NCBI RefSeq assembly: GCF_001194135.2
Contig: NC_068991.1
Coordinates: 18,140,496 to 18,186,815 of the forward strand
Source: Octopus bimaculoides
Taxonomy: Eukaryota
Length of the DNA: 46,320 bases
Reading direction: 5' to 3'
The notes beneath the pieces are model-generated. The model made no database searches and was not told the DNA's origin. It was given only the letters and a program-made list of their open reading frames with translations. The position numbers were made by a program, and so were the translations under genes. This document shows positions 12,221-24,879 of this stretch, one piece after another; position 1 is the stretch's first letter; every line of letters begins with the position of its first letter.

Positions 12221-13231
12221 TATACATATAAATCATTGTGTATCTAAATTTCTATGTTGTGTCTTCCTGTTTGTTTAATATTGAGTATGTGTGAATGTGT
12301 GTACTTTGTAGATTTTTCATGTGCTCGAATGGGTGTGTCTATCACCAGGCGCATTTATGAATATGCAACTGCCAGTGTGTCTGCATATGTACTTGTACAT
12401 ATGCAATTACTTGTGTCTGCATGTGTACGTGTCTACATGCGACTGCAGTGTGTGTGTGTATGTGTGTGTAACTGCTTGTATGTATGTGTCTCTGTGTATA
12501 AAAACATCCAATGAACAAAGCTAAACTGTTATATTACAAACAACAAACAACAGCTTTCTTTCTCCCAATAAGAAACCTGTCCCACTGTGCAATAATAAAA
12601 AAAAAAGAGAAAAACAAACATACAACACAACACAATAACAAACACTTGACACTCCTGTGAATTTGTTATTGTCTATTGGTAGTGATGGTGGTGATGGTGG
12701 TGTTTTCATTTGTAAATGTCTACTTTTTTTTTCATCCACCTCCTCCTCTTTCTCTATCTAAAAACTTTTACATTTCACAGTTTTAAGGACAACAATATTA
12801 ACAGAAGGGATTGGTGGTGTTACCTTTACCTGACAAGACTACAACAAAAAAAAAAAAATTAAATTAAAATAAAAAAAAAGTATATAAAGTCAGTTGAATA
12901 TAGAAGAATAATAATAGCAACATTGTTATATGCAAAATATTGGTGCCTGTGTGTGTACATGCACGTACACACACACACACACACACACACACATAAGCAC
13001 AAACACACATTCATAACATACATAAACTTGCATGAATACATTTATAAACACATCAAAACATATTATATAAGTACATTCTTATTTCATAATGATTGTGTAT
13101 GTGTGTCTGTGTTGTATTTTGGAAATGTTATCTTTGTCAATAATTACACATAAACTGATTATTGCTTTCGTCATTATCATCATCATCATCATTATTATTA
13201 TTATTATTATTATTGTCATTGTTGTTATTAT

Positions 13232-13453
13232 TAAGGCGGTGAGCTGGCAGGATTGTTAGCACACCGGACAAAAATGCCTAGTGAAAGTTCATTGGTCTTT
13301 ATGTTGTGAGTTCAAGTTCTACAGAGGCCGACCCTGCTTTTCATCCTTTTGGGGATTGATGAATTAAGTACCAGCTGAGCACTGGGGGTTGATGTCATTT
13401 CACTAACCCACTTCCCTGCAAATTTCAGGCCATGTACCTATAGTAGAGAGGAT
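13232..13453 (+). mobile_element. SINE family A copy preceded by (ATT)n
   Basis: aaggcggtgagctggcag head, B box, cttttcatcctttt gggg motif, gagaggattac end. Confidence 0.88.
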
Positions 13454-14039
13454 TACCATCATCATCAATACTATTAATGTGATTAGTTATGCTCTGTGTT
13501 CAAATCCTGCAATGGTTAATTGTTTTCTATCCTTCTAAGATCAATAAAATAAGTATTAATCATGTACTGAGATTGCTCTGATAAAAGTCAATCTTCATCC
13601 CAAATTTCTGGTTTTGCACCTATGTTAAAGATTATTATGTTGAGCTGGGAGAGTCATTAGCACATCAGATCTAATGCTTTACAGTATTTCCTTTGGCTCT
13701 TTACATTCTGAGTTCAAATCCTGCTTTACCTCTCATCCTTTTGGGATCTATAGAATAAAGTATTAGTCAAGTACTGGGGTCAATGGTACTGACTTGTCAC
13801 ACACCCCCCTCCACCTAAAATTGTTAGCCTTGAGCCAAAATTAGCAAGAATTATTATTTATTATTATTATTTTTCTTCAGTAGTTTCGTGCAAGTTTCTA
13901 CTACACCACTTGGTGTACCCTGTTCCTGGTGTGGTTACAGCATTGTGTTCTTGTTTTTGTGAAGATTGAGGAAGTATAGACTCCACCTGCTGGTGTTTCG
14001 CACCTGTTTGTTTTGTTATGGGATTTAGTTTCTTGCTTC

Positions 14040-14272
14040 TTGTTTCTTTACTGCCCACAAGGGGCTACACACAGAGGGGACAAACAAGGACAGACAAACA
14101 GATTAAGTCGATTATACTGACCCCAGTGCATAACTGGTACTTAATTTATCGACCCCGAAAGAATGGAAGGTAAAGTCGACCTTGGCGGAATTTGAACTCA
14201 GAACGTAAAGACAGACAAAATACCACTAAGCATTTCGCTCGGCGTGCTAACGTTTCTGCCAGCTCACCGCCT
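14040..14272 (-). mobile_element. Well-preserved SINE family A variant with an alternative 3' end
   Basis: Head and central domain are shared with family A; the 3' part (ccccttgtgggcagtaaagaaa) differs. Confidence 0.88.
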
Positions 14273-14649
14273 CTAGTGAGTGGATTTGGTAGACTGAAAC
14301 TGAAAGAAGCCCAGAATATATGTGTGCGTGTGTATTCTAAGAAAGATTCTTGAGATCTGAGGAGACTTGCTATCATCAAACCTCAAGATAAAATACCTGG
14401 CAACTAAATTAGCATGCACTAGGCATAATGATGATAATGATAATAATATTCTTTTCTACTGGTGGGAGGTGGGTAGTTGCTTACATCAACCCCAGTGTGT
14501 AACTGTTACTTATTTCACTGACCCTGAAAGGATGAAAGGCAATTCAATGGAATTTGAACTCAGAACATTAGGATGGACGAAATGCTGCTAAGCATTCTGC
14601 CAGCTCACCATCTTCATAATAATAATAATAATAATAATGATAATAATAG

Positions 14650-15200
14650 ATGCAGTACCAGGCAGTGGTTTCGTGGCTTCTCATCTTAACTGATTGGAAT
14701 TGTTATTATGTACATTGTTTTGTCTTGGTATAAAAGATGGGTGACAGCAAATATTCTGCTTAATACCACATATTTTCTTGTCAGTTGCTTGACCTTAACC
14801 AGTTGAGCATGTCCCTTAGTGGCTGACGATATGTGCATCTCTGATCACGAGCAGAAGTAGTGGAGGAGCATCATAGTCATGTGTTCAGAAGAATTCTTTG
14901 GGGTTTGGATAATTCACTTCTGGAAACATAAGGGTCTTATTCAACATCCTTAAACAACCCTTATTCAGGGACCTTTTGAGAGGGATGGGTTACTCGACCT
15001 GAGGAAAATCCTAACTGGGCCCCACCTGCAAGGTCATGCACTGTAAATCTTGATATGAGATCACCATGTTGCGCACATATGGTTGAGATGCATATGCCTG
15101 GTGCACCCTTATCAGACAGGTAGTCATGATGGTTATACCAGGCTTTGCATATTTTACCTCAGTGTTACTTTGATGGCATGCACTGCTTTCTCACTCAATA
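14650..15200. mobile_element. About 550-bp non-coding repeat element inserted in a (TAA)n tract
   Basis: A complex-sequence block with sharp edges in (TAA)n on both sides. I recall it as an octopus repeat family but have not verified this. Confidence 0.55.
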
Positions 15201-15781
15201 ATACTACTACTACTAATAATAATAATAATAGCTTCTAATTCAGGAATAGAGCCAGCAATTTTTGAGGGGAAGGACTTACCATTGACCTAAATACTTGACT
15301 GAGACTTTATTTTGTTGATTCCAAAATGCTGGAATGCAAACTTGACCTCAGTAGGATTTGAACTCAGATCATAAAAAACCAGAAGAAACAACACAAGACA
15401 CTTTTACCAACACTCTGATGATTCTGGCAAGCTACTATCCTAAATATTAATGATGATGATGATAATGATGGGATCTTCCACCAAAGATGACATATGAGCA
15501 TTCAGTTTGCACTGAACAACCTGCACAAATGATTTGTTCACAGTGATCAAATGCATGTGTTTACTAATGCATGTACATTAGCTCGCTGCCACCATTAAAT
15601 CAGTGTTGCCTGAACAGGTGCACAGTGTACCACACATCAGGTGTCAAAATGACCACAGAGTAATGTGAGATGAAGCGTTTTGCTCAAGAACACAATGCAC
15701 CACCCAGTCCAGGAATTGATTTCACGATTGTGAGTGTAACACCCAAACCATTAGGCTATGCATCCTCACTACTACTACTAC

Positions 15782-15832
<51 letters not shown>

Positions 15833-15834
<2 letters not shown>

Positions 15835-16190
15835 GACTAAAACAATACCTATTGTCATAGGTGCCCTGGGAATGACAGCGAAACGGGATGATTACTACCT
15901 AGCTCAGATACCAGGAAACCCCAAAATGGCTGAAGTTCAAAAGATAGTGCTCATGGGAACTGCCCATATCCTACGTAAAATACTGTCTATGTGATGTCAA
16001 ATTTTAAAACAAACACATAATTTTCTTATGGTTTCTTAAACATTCTCTAGAACAACACTATGTACAAATCGAAATATATGGCACCCTAGGCATAACACCT
16101 ACATGGACTTCTAACTTGTTGTCTCTTGAGGTCTCTGGGTGAGACTTGGATCCAACTTGTACAAATGCAAAGCAAAAGTCAAACATAACA
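15833..16190 (+). mobile_element. 5'-truncated R4/Dong-like non-LTR retrotransposon (end of restriction-like endonuclease domain plus 3'UTR) in (TAA)n
   Basis: KTKTIPIVIGALGMTAKRDDYYLAQIPGNPKMAEVQKIVLMGTAHILRKILSM* is the characteristic C-terminus of RLE-encoding LINEs. (TAA)n lies on both sides. Confidence 0.8.
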
Positions 16191-16199
16191 TAATAATAA

Positions 16200-16398
16200 T
16201 AATGATAATAATGGCTTCAATTTTTGGCACAAGACCAAAAATTTCAGAGAAGGGGTCAACTGGTGCTTATTTTATCAACCCCGAAAAGATGAGAGGCAAA
16301 GTCAACCTTGGTGGGATAATGAACTCAGAACATAAAGACAAATGAAATGATGCTAAGCGTTTCATCCAGTGTGCCAACGACTCTGCCAGCTCACCACT
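16200..16398 (-). mobile_element. SINE family A copy whose (TTA)n tail abuts the R4/Dong fragment
   Basis: Reverse-complement family A motifs. Confidence 0.8.
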
Positions 16399-17933
16399 TT
16401 AATAATGATGCTGATGATGATGATGATGATAATAATAATAATCAATTCATGTCTAATTATTGGCAAAGATAAAAACTTCTGAAGTACAATATTTGTTTCA
16501 ATGCATCAATTTCAGATTGAAATTCTTGTCAATATATATATATATACACAGATACATACACACAAACTTACATGCACACTAACATATGCTCATAAACATG
16601 TTAACGTAATATTGGATTGTCAACAAAATCTTTTTTTTTAATGTTTTGATGCAGCTTATGAAGAAAATGTAACCATCGTTTCCACGGGAGTCATATATCA
16701 ATGTGGGACTGGCCATCTGCACTTATCTGCCTTTCATAACAGAAATGAGCAGTAGGGAGCAGAGAGTGTAAAAAACAAAGTTAATGATTACAAGAAGCAT
16801 AAAAAGGGATGAAAGAATGAGGGGAATACAGAAAAGATGTAGTAAGAAGGAAGGGAAACTGAAAATGGATAAGAGAAAGGAGATAAGGAATGACAAACGA
16901 TAAAAAGGGGAGATAATAAGAGAAAAACTAGTTGGAAGGGTTAAGAAAACTGAAGCAGGATGGGGAGAAAAAGTACTGCAATGATACAGTAGGGTGATAT
17001 TTTAACATAATCAAAAATAATTATTCCTGAATAGAAGAGAGAAAAATAAGAAATGAGTGCTTGTGTGAGGAGGACGAGACAGAGGGAGAAAAGAGAGAGA
17101 GAGGGTAAAAGGGGATTGATAGACAGAGATTGTATAGGTATAGGATAGTGAAACAGAATTTTGTAGAAGAGAGAACTAGTTTATAATATACAAAAGTCAA
17201 CATGTACAATATTAAATTAGTTAAATCTCATAACTAATGACATGAAAATTAAGTTTGTTGTGGAGAGAGAAATAGACAGACAATACCTGTTTCAGGTAAG
17301 ATTCTTTCATTCTCTACTGTTTACAAAATATTCTTGCCAGCACAGACTATTCTTAGTCCTCTAGAATTCTAGTGATTTATACTGTAGTCAATAGTGGTTT
17401 CTTTTTTAGCAGACAGTGGCCAATCAATATTTTTAAGAGAGAGTCTTTAAGTAGGAGTACAACATTGTCAGAAAGTCAGTAGTTCATATCCAGTTACAGG
17501 CAATGTATGACTAAACTGGCCCAGTCCACCTAGCCGAAAATGGGTTTAAGAAAAGCTTACTGCTCTAAGCAATAGCAACACTGTAAAATCAACAAGTGGT
17601 TTGATAGCTTGCAATATTCTGTTCATTTCTATGGTAAGAATAGCTCAGCGAAACTGCTATGCTAATTTTCCCAAGACACACTACATGAAGATGAAGTCGT
17701 CCATGGTGTCACTATGAACTAAAGATTAAGGAACTAGAAAGAGTTCATTCAAATTATTATAGGAGATTTATCATTAGTACTATAGTGTCAGTAAAGCTAC
17801 TACAATATACTTAAGTTGATGTTAAAATTTTCAATAGAGGAAGTAGCAAAGAGCTACCTAAAAGCAATTAGTGATAAAATTAATATCAGTCATAGAATGA
17901 TATTATTTCAAATCTTTTTGCAAGTCTAAGAGA

Positions 17934-18290
17934 CATCATCATCATCATCATCATCATCGTTTAATGTCCGCTTTCCATGCTAGCATGGGTTGGACGATTT
18001 GATTGAGGACTGGTGAAACTAGATGGCTACACCAGGCTCCAATCTGATTTGGCAGAGTTTCTACAGCTGGAAGCCCTTCCTAACGCCAACCACTCCGAGA
18101 GTGTAGTGGGTACTTTTACGTGCCACCGGCACGAAGGCCAGTCAGGCGGTACTGGCAACAGCCACGCTCAAAATGGTGTATTTTACATGCCACCTGCACA
18201 GGAGCCAGTCCAGGGGCACTGGCAACGATCTCGCTCGAATGTCTTTACACATGCCACCGGCACAAGTGCCAGGAAGACGACTCTGGGCAC
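17934..18290 (-). mobile_element. (GAT)n-tailed retroposon 3' end
   Basis: Reverse complement of 1-246 plus upstream subrepeats. Confidence 0.85.
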
Positions 18291-19992
18291 AGAGGTGTGT
18301 ATGATTATATTTCTATCTTATCAAACCTTGTCAGCAAAGCTATACTTGTAGTAGGAATGAAGAGAATTATTAAGTAACTTTACCATAATGCAGGTACAGA
18401 AAAATAGAAATGTTCAGGTAATAAATTCACTCTCAGATGTTCTCTAAATTAAAATGCAATAGTTAAGTTAGTATAGACATTTTTAATGTAAAGTGCATCA
18501 AAAATCTATGCAACTAAATCTGAACCAGCAAATTACTTATAGTCTTTGAAATTGGGATACCATGAACCAATAGAAGAAATAGCACAAAAACTTAAAATCT
18601 CACAAGGGAAGATAAATAGTTCAATCTCATTTATCTTCTCCAGTAAGATGTACGCCATATGTTATTTACCCAGGCTTGTACCCTGGTAGTGCAGACTTGT
18701 GTCAACAGTGAGGAAATATAGATTAAAATTTACGCTTCTACTCCAATTACCCTACCTAAATTATAAACTGATAAAATTTAAATGTTTTCATAAAACTATA
18801 GCATCCATGGAAACATAATTATTTCTTTAGTGTCCTTTCACTTCATTAAAAAGAGAGAAAAAAAAAGTGGATTCTTGGCAAGATGATTCTTTTCCCTTAC
18901 CATAGGGAATAGCCAATCAACTAAGATATTATTCTATCAGTACAAAAAATTCTCGCAAGAACTGTGTATGAAAACATCTCCAGAAATGGCTGGAATTAAC
19001 TTTTTTAAAACTTGAAGAATGTCTACAAGAAAACCATAGTTCTAATTACAAAGAAGAAGGGGAACAGCATTAGTTATATTTACAGGAGAGACATGAATTG
19101 GATTGTTTTGAATAACATTTCAACATGTACATACACATGTGTAAATTTCAAACTAAGGTAACTACTATCACTTTCTCTCTCCATCTCTTATACTACTAAT
19201 GAACTATGAATAATAATGACCTCATTATATGCCTTCCCTCTCCCCACTTCTAAAATGTTGATAATTTAATTTAATATAATGCAATGTTTAATGACAGCAT
19301 ACTGAAGAAATCCAACTAGATCAAAATAGCAGCTATATACAAAAATTTAAATAAAGAAGAAAATTTTTAATCAAATAAATGCATAAAGATATTATATTCC
19401 ATTCACTTCACTAATGGATTCTTGGCAAGAAACAAAACCATGTCCATATATTTATTCTATGGAATTCCAAATATCTGACAACAGATGAAACAGTAGAACA
19501 CCTCATCAAACAATATTTTTTACCCCCTCCTATGAACACTTTCTGAAGAACTACCAAAAGTTTGTTAATTTCTTAACTGAACTGATATCACACTCACACA
19601 TTTTATGTGGCATATGAATCAGTCACTGGTACTTTTCGTGTGACATATCGAGTAACACCCTGGTAACTAGTGCACAGAATGCTTGCTTGAAGTGTACACA
19701 GACATCTGTAGTGAAAGACCTGTGTAAATGTGACCAGACTAATAGCCCACCACCACTTTCAGAGGATGTAACTACAACAGAAACACATTCTATATTGTAT
19801 CATCTTTAAAAAAAATGGTCAGCTGGTTGATAGGCAAAGATTAATTCACAAAATGCATTGAATCCATTAACAGGTTGTTGGTCATTTTAGTCTCTTTTCT
19901 GTTCAATCTGAATAAGCAGGAAGCATAATATTCCTGCTTAAGCCCAACACCCATCATCTTTATTGTGTCTCACTCTCCTAACACAACATTAG

Positions 19993-20204
19993 CCCTTTAG
20001 CGTTTAAACCAGCCATATCTGACCAAAATATTCTACCTGTTTTATCTTTATATCAGCCAGATCTGGACTCTCACACCTACTCTACAATGTCATTTTAAAA
20101 GTAAACAATCAGATTGTTGAAATCTCAAAGCTATGAGATAGGGCATGATCAATTCAAAACAATGTGAATAAATACTTTGACAAAATAATCTGAATGCTAA
20201 AGAG
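19993..20204 (+). mobile_element. piggyBac-like MITE (same family as the inner element at 36538-36758)
   Basis: TTAG-CCCTTTAG ... CTAAAGAG-TTAA; interior is homologous to the reverse complement of 36538-36758. Confidence 0.75.
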
Positions 20205-21217
20205 TTAAACACTGCCCAATAAAGCCCTACATTAAACACTCTGTCCCACCCTGAAATAAAACTGTCTTTACATCATTCAATGTCACACTTTGCATGCAGA
20301 CATTTCACCTGAATGTCAACATAGGAGGATCTGTATAGGCTGAGTGATGTTCTCTCTCCTTAATTACAATAACAAGTACACAATATTAAATTTCCTTACT
20401 TGAATCTTAAATAAACTCTATTACCTTACTCTCGCATTCTCTCTTATTTGCTTGTACAAACCATATATAATTACTGGTACATACATGGATACATAGTTGG
20501 AAAACTTTGTGTCCAAATAACAGATCCATGAAGCATCAGTCACTATTATAATTGACCCTTTTCACATGCATATATAAACAAAACACACACATTACACACT
20601 CACACAAGAGCATACATATACTTTGAAGACATGTCTGTGCATGAGTTTAATATTTTTTATTAACAAGTTTTCTTATTTCCATAATTATTGATTCAAACTA
20701 AACAAAGACCTGACAAAAATAAATGAAAAATCTTTAGTAAAAGATTCGATGTAACATGTTTTAAAAAAATAGTTCTTTATAAATATAGGCACAGGCATAA
20801 CTGTGAAAAAGAAGTTTGCTTCCCAATTGCATTGCTCAGGGTTCAATTCCACTGTGTGGCATATTGGGCAAATGTCTTGTGTTATAAAACCCTGGGGTGA
20901 GCAAAGCCTTTTAAGTAGATTTGGTAGAAAGGTATTGAAGAAAGTCTGGCACGCATGCATGCATGCATGTGTAAATGCACCAGTCTCTTTACCTTGACAA
21001 TGCATGATAGTTGTAAACAAATGTCACCGTCATGCAAGGCTTGCTGTCCATTTCAAAACTTCCTTGGAAAACATGTCCGTCTATGGGGAAAATTTACCTT
21101 ACTTGGAAACAGATGATGGTTGGTGATGGAAAGGACATCCAGCTGTAGAAAATCCACCTCAGTAAAATTCTGTCCAACCCATGTGTGCATGGATAAGTGG
21201 ATATATAAATAATGATG

Positions 21218-21249
<32 letters not shown>

Positions 21250-22754
21250 AAGGGGGGGTCTCTATTGGTTTCAGTAATGAGCACAAGGTTGTTCAATCAA
21301 CTGAATTACCTGCTCAATGTATTACCATGAGTCATTGGGCATTCTCCTAACATAGTTCTCAATCAGAATCAGCATGACAAGGCTGTACCTTTGAATCACA
21401 AGTACAGTCCATCCAATGGGCTTCCATACAGTTTTCTCTACCCAATTTCATTCACAAAGGCTATAGAAAATGATGTTTGCATAAAATGCTATGCTGCGGG
21501 ATTGATCCTGGTTACTCATGGTTACAAAGCAATCTTTAATCATTCATTCATTTTCACAATTTTTAAAATATTTTTTTTAATGTTAGCAATGGGTTACATG
21601 AATGTATTACTGAAACATTGTTTTACAGCCTGATGCCCTTCCAATCACTAGCCTGTATCTTTCAAGTGAAGGATCTGTGCTTTGATACATCTTCAAAAGC
21701 ACAAAGTTAGTAGAACATTTGTTGAGAGGAGAAATGATATCACTGTCTGTAGCTCAGCAACTTTTCTGAGAACACACAACAAATCCATATACAACGGACT
21801 TCTTTCAGTTCCTATCTCCAAAAACCACTGACAAGGATTTGGCAGGCATAGAGCTGAAAGAAGGAATCTCCTCACTTAAGGTAACATGCGGCGAACTTCT
21901 TCATGACATAGCTATATCTACACTTATATAACACACACTATGTATACATGTATTGCACAGTTACATACACTACTTTTTTTCTTTTTGGGGAACGTTGAAT
22001 CTTGAAGCAGGTAAGCTATATATAAGACCATGTAAATATTGGGTTAAAAACACTTTGGATGAAAAAAGTAGAAACTGCCCTTGGGTTACAAACTTACATC
22101 TGTAAACCTGACTTTTTTATAGCCAAAGTGATTTTTAACCTGAAATTTACACGCTTTTATTTATAGCTTATCTCCTTGCAGATCTAATATTCCAAAACAG
22201 AATTCATGTCCCCTTAAGTTCATAAATTCTTATGATGTCAACAGCATATACTGTTTTATTTTATAAGGGAGTGTCTGTAACTTATTGCAAAACAAATGTT
22301 GCAAGAGACTTTGAAGAACACTGGTTTTTCGGTGTTCTTGCCCCATGTTTACATCCTTTACCAATATATACACCCACAAAAATTATACACATACATACAT
22401 ACATACATACGAAGGAAATATTCTCTCTGTGGCCTGTGTGTTTTCTGTACTCTGTTTATCATTTGTCTATGTTTTGTTTTCAATGTCCTGTACCCAGATA
22501 TGCATCTATATATACAGGTAGATGTAGGTATGTACATACATGTACGTATATATGCATATACTCATTTATTATTTGTATTACATACATATATATATATACA
22601 AGCTATGAACTTCCATACAGTTTTTCCAGCAACCAAATTCTACCTACAAAGCATTGATTAACTCACACTCATAGCAAAAGATCTTCGGCCCAATGGGATT
22701 AAATTCAGAACCACATGGCTTAGAAAGTGAAATTCTTAACCACCTAGCCATGCT

Positions 22755-22800
<46 letters not shown>

Positions 22801-23357
22801 NNNNNNNNNNNNNNNNNNNNNNNNNNNNNNNNNNNNNNNNNNNNNNNNNNNNNNNNNNNNNNNNNNNNNNNNNNNNNNNNNNNNNNNNNNNNNNNNNNNN
22901 NNNNNNNNNNNNNNNNNNNNNNNNNNNNNNNNNNNNNNNNNNNNNNNNNNNNNNNNNNNNNNNNNNNNNNNNNNNNNNNNNNNNNNNNNNNNNNNNNNNN
23001 NNNNNNNNNNNNNNNNNNNNNNNNNNNNNNNNNNNNNNNNNNNNNNNNNNNNNNNNNNNNNNNNNNNNNNNNNNNNNNNNNNNNNNNNNNNNNNNNNNNN
23101 NNNNNNNNNNNNNNNNNNNNNNNNNNNNNNNNNNNNNNNNNNNNNNNNNNNNNNNNNNNNNNNNNNNNNNNNNNNNNNNNNNNNNNNNNNNNNNNNNNNN
23201 NNNNNNNNNNNNNNNNNNNNNNNNNNNNNNNNNNNNNNNNNNNNNNNNNNNNNNNNNNNNNNNNNNNNNNNNNNNNNNNNNNNNNNNNNNNNNNNNNNNN
23301 NNNNNNNNNNNNNNNNNNNNNNNNNNNNNNNNNNNNNNNNNNNNNNNNNNNNNNNNN
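22801..23357. other. Assembly gap (557 N)
   Basis: N run between (TA)n and poly-T. Confidence 1.
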
Positions 23358-23761
23358 TTTTTTTTTTTTTTTTTTTTGCAAAGCTAGTTTTGTGGCATAT
23401 CTAAATACTTATATGGTATTGGAGTTGAAGTTTTTATAGCAGGGTAGACTTTCTACCTTTAATCATTCAAATGTGATATAATGGAGCTTGTAATGAGCCA
23501 ACAAAATTACTAATTCGAATGTGTCAAAATGGAGTCAACTGTCAAAGAGATACAGCTCAATGTCTTCTTCAAGCTATGAACTAATGATTATATAGTGAGA
23601 CATTCAATATATTGACTTCACAGCCATCAAGTGATTTCATGACAGATAATGAAATCACAGATTTCATATCCATTTTTTTTAGTTTTGGAGTTTGATGGAT
23701 AGGGACACACACACAGGCTAAGAGTTGCATTAATAACATGAATGAAATGATCCAATCTTAC

Positions 23762-23873
23762 CTTTCTTCTGGGCTGTCGACACAGAACATGCGTTCTACG
23801 ACTGTTGTCCATTGTAGTCCTCTGATAATAAATGTATTGGGCCGAGGTTTATCCTGCTTCATCAACTGACATC
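23762..23873 (-). CDS. Akt: Akt/PKB coding exon 3 (112 nt, phase 1-2): [36 protein letters not shown]
   Basis: Matches human [37 protein letters not shown], and has the same 112-nt length as the human exon. Acceptor cttttcttcttgaag|GA, donor AAAG|GTAAGA. Confidence 0.97.
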
Positions 23874-23933
23874 CTTCAAGAAGAAAAGTCAACAGAAACA
23901 ATTAGACAGGATTTTGACACTAAGAAGCCATTT

Positions 23934-23935
<2 letters not shown>

Positions 23936-23986
<51 letters not shown>

Positions 23987-24009
23987 TAATAATAACAACA
24001 ACAATAACA
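23936..24009. repeat. (TAA)n/(CAA)n microsatellite about 60 bp upstream of the Akt exon 3 acceptor
   Basis: Read directly. Confidence 0.95.
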
Positions 24010-24228
24010 AGAGCACTCTGAGAGCGCAAAACTCCACCAAGGCAGCACCAATGTCCTCTCAACGATTAGCCAGGGATGATTTTTAAAATGAGAATACCTG
24101 AAATAAACTTGACTGCTCTCACAAACAAGAATACTAAAAGTGAACCTGACTGCTCTCAAAAATTAAGTGAAAAAACTGGAAAAATAATCCAGCATCCTTG
24201 TCCAGTATCTGATCAATCCCAAAGGTAG
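24006..24228 (+). mobile_element. Truncated non-autonomous DNA element (possibly Helitron/Helentron-type)
   Basis: Starts aacaagagcactc...ctccaccaaggc and has an internal gactgctctca duplication. The assignment is from recall only. Confidence 0.35.
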
Positions 24229-24257
24229 TCATGGAATGTGAAGGTAAGTGTGTGTTT

Positions 24258-24480
24258 TTAATGCTGTGTGTCGTCAGCCGTGGGAACAGGGACAGTTTTC
24301 TCTATGAAGGCCTTTTTTTGTCTATCCAGTGATATAGTGCCTTTACAACCATTAAGGTCTATAGTGAAAAATTTATTTGTGCATGAAAGAAAATGGAAAG
24401 GACCTGCATACGGTGCTGTTAATGGAGGCTTAACAACATTGTTGCGCACAAAAACGGGAATCCAAAAAGTAAAGCTTCCT
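24258..24480 (-). mobile_element. Ty3/Gypsy integrase C-terminal remnant
   Basis: VFVRNNVVKPPLTAPYAGPFHFLSCTNKFFTIDLNGCKGTISLDRQKKAF matches the VFVR.D.V..PL..PY.GP..V......F......G....VS.DRLK.A pattern. Confidence 0.85.
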
Positions 24481-24879
24481 TCATAACAGAGCTAGAAATG
24501 CAATTGTCAAGTAGGTAAGATGTTTTAAACAGGAGCAATATATTCAAAACTGGTAAAACTAAAAATTGTCAAGGATAAATTAAATCTATTATTGTTACTG
24601 AATATGTTAGTGTTATTTAATTTCCCTAAAACTTCACCAATGAAAGATATTTTGTATTCACAAGTAATTTGAAAGCATGGCCACAGACATGAAATGTGTG
24701 GTTAAAAAATTTGCTTCATAAGTGCCTGGTATTGCATTCAATGAGACCTTGGACAGGTGTCATCTAAAATAGCTTCAGATACACCAAAGCCTTGTGAGTG
24801 AAATTTGAGAGATGGAAAGTGAGTGGAAACCTGTAAGAAGAACTGTTCTTACAGGCTGTGCAGAACACAAGTTAGAACT

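Noticed and set aside
13232-13330. tRNA genes suggested by A/B boxes here and in other SINE heads
   Set aside because: They continue into SINE bodies and do not form complete cloverleafs.
16655-16770. Plus-strand acceptor followed by an open frame YEENVTIVSTGVIYQCGTGHLHLSAFHNRNEQ*
   Set aside because: Short, unrecognised, and no partner exons; all three minus-strand frames stop, so it is not Akt exon 4.
18013-18377. Similar ORFs MKLDGYTRLQSDLAEFLQL... and MKPDGNTRLQSDLAEFLQL... (39804-40097) that look like a gene pair
   Set aside because: Both are antisense readings of the same retroposon 3'UTR.
22098-22139. 42-nt AG...GTAAGT pseudo-exon on the Akt strand
   Set aside because: Purine-rich upstream region with no polypyrimidine tract, and the peptide does not resemble the expected Akt exon 4.
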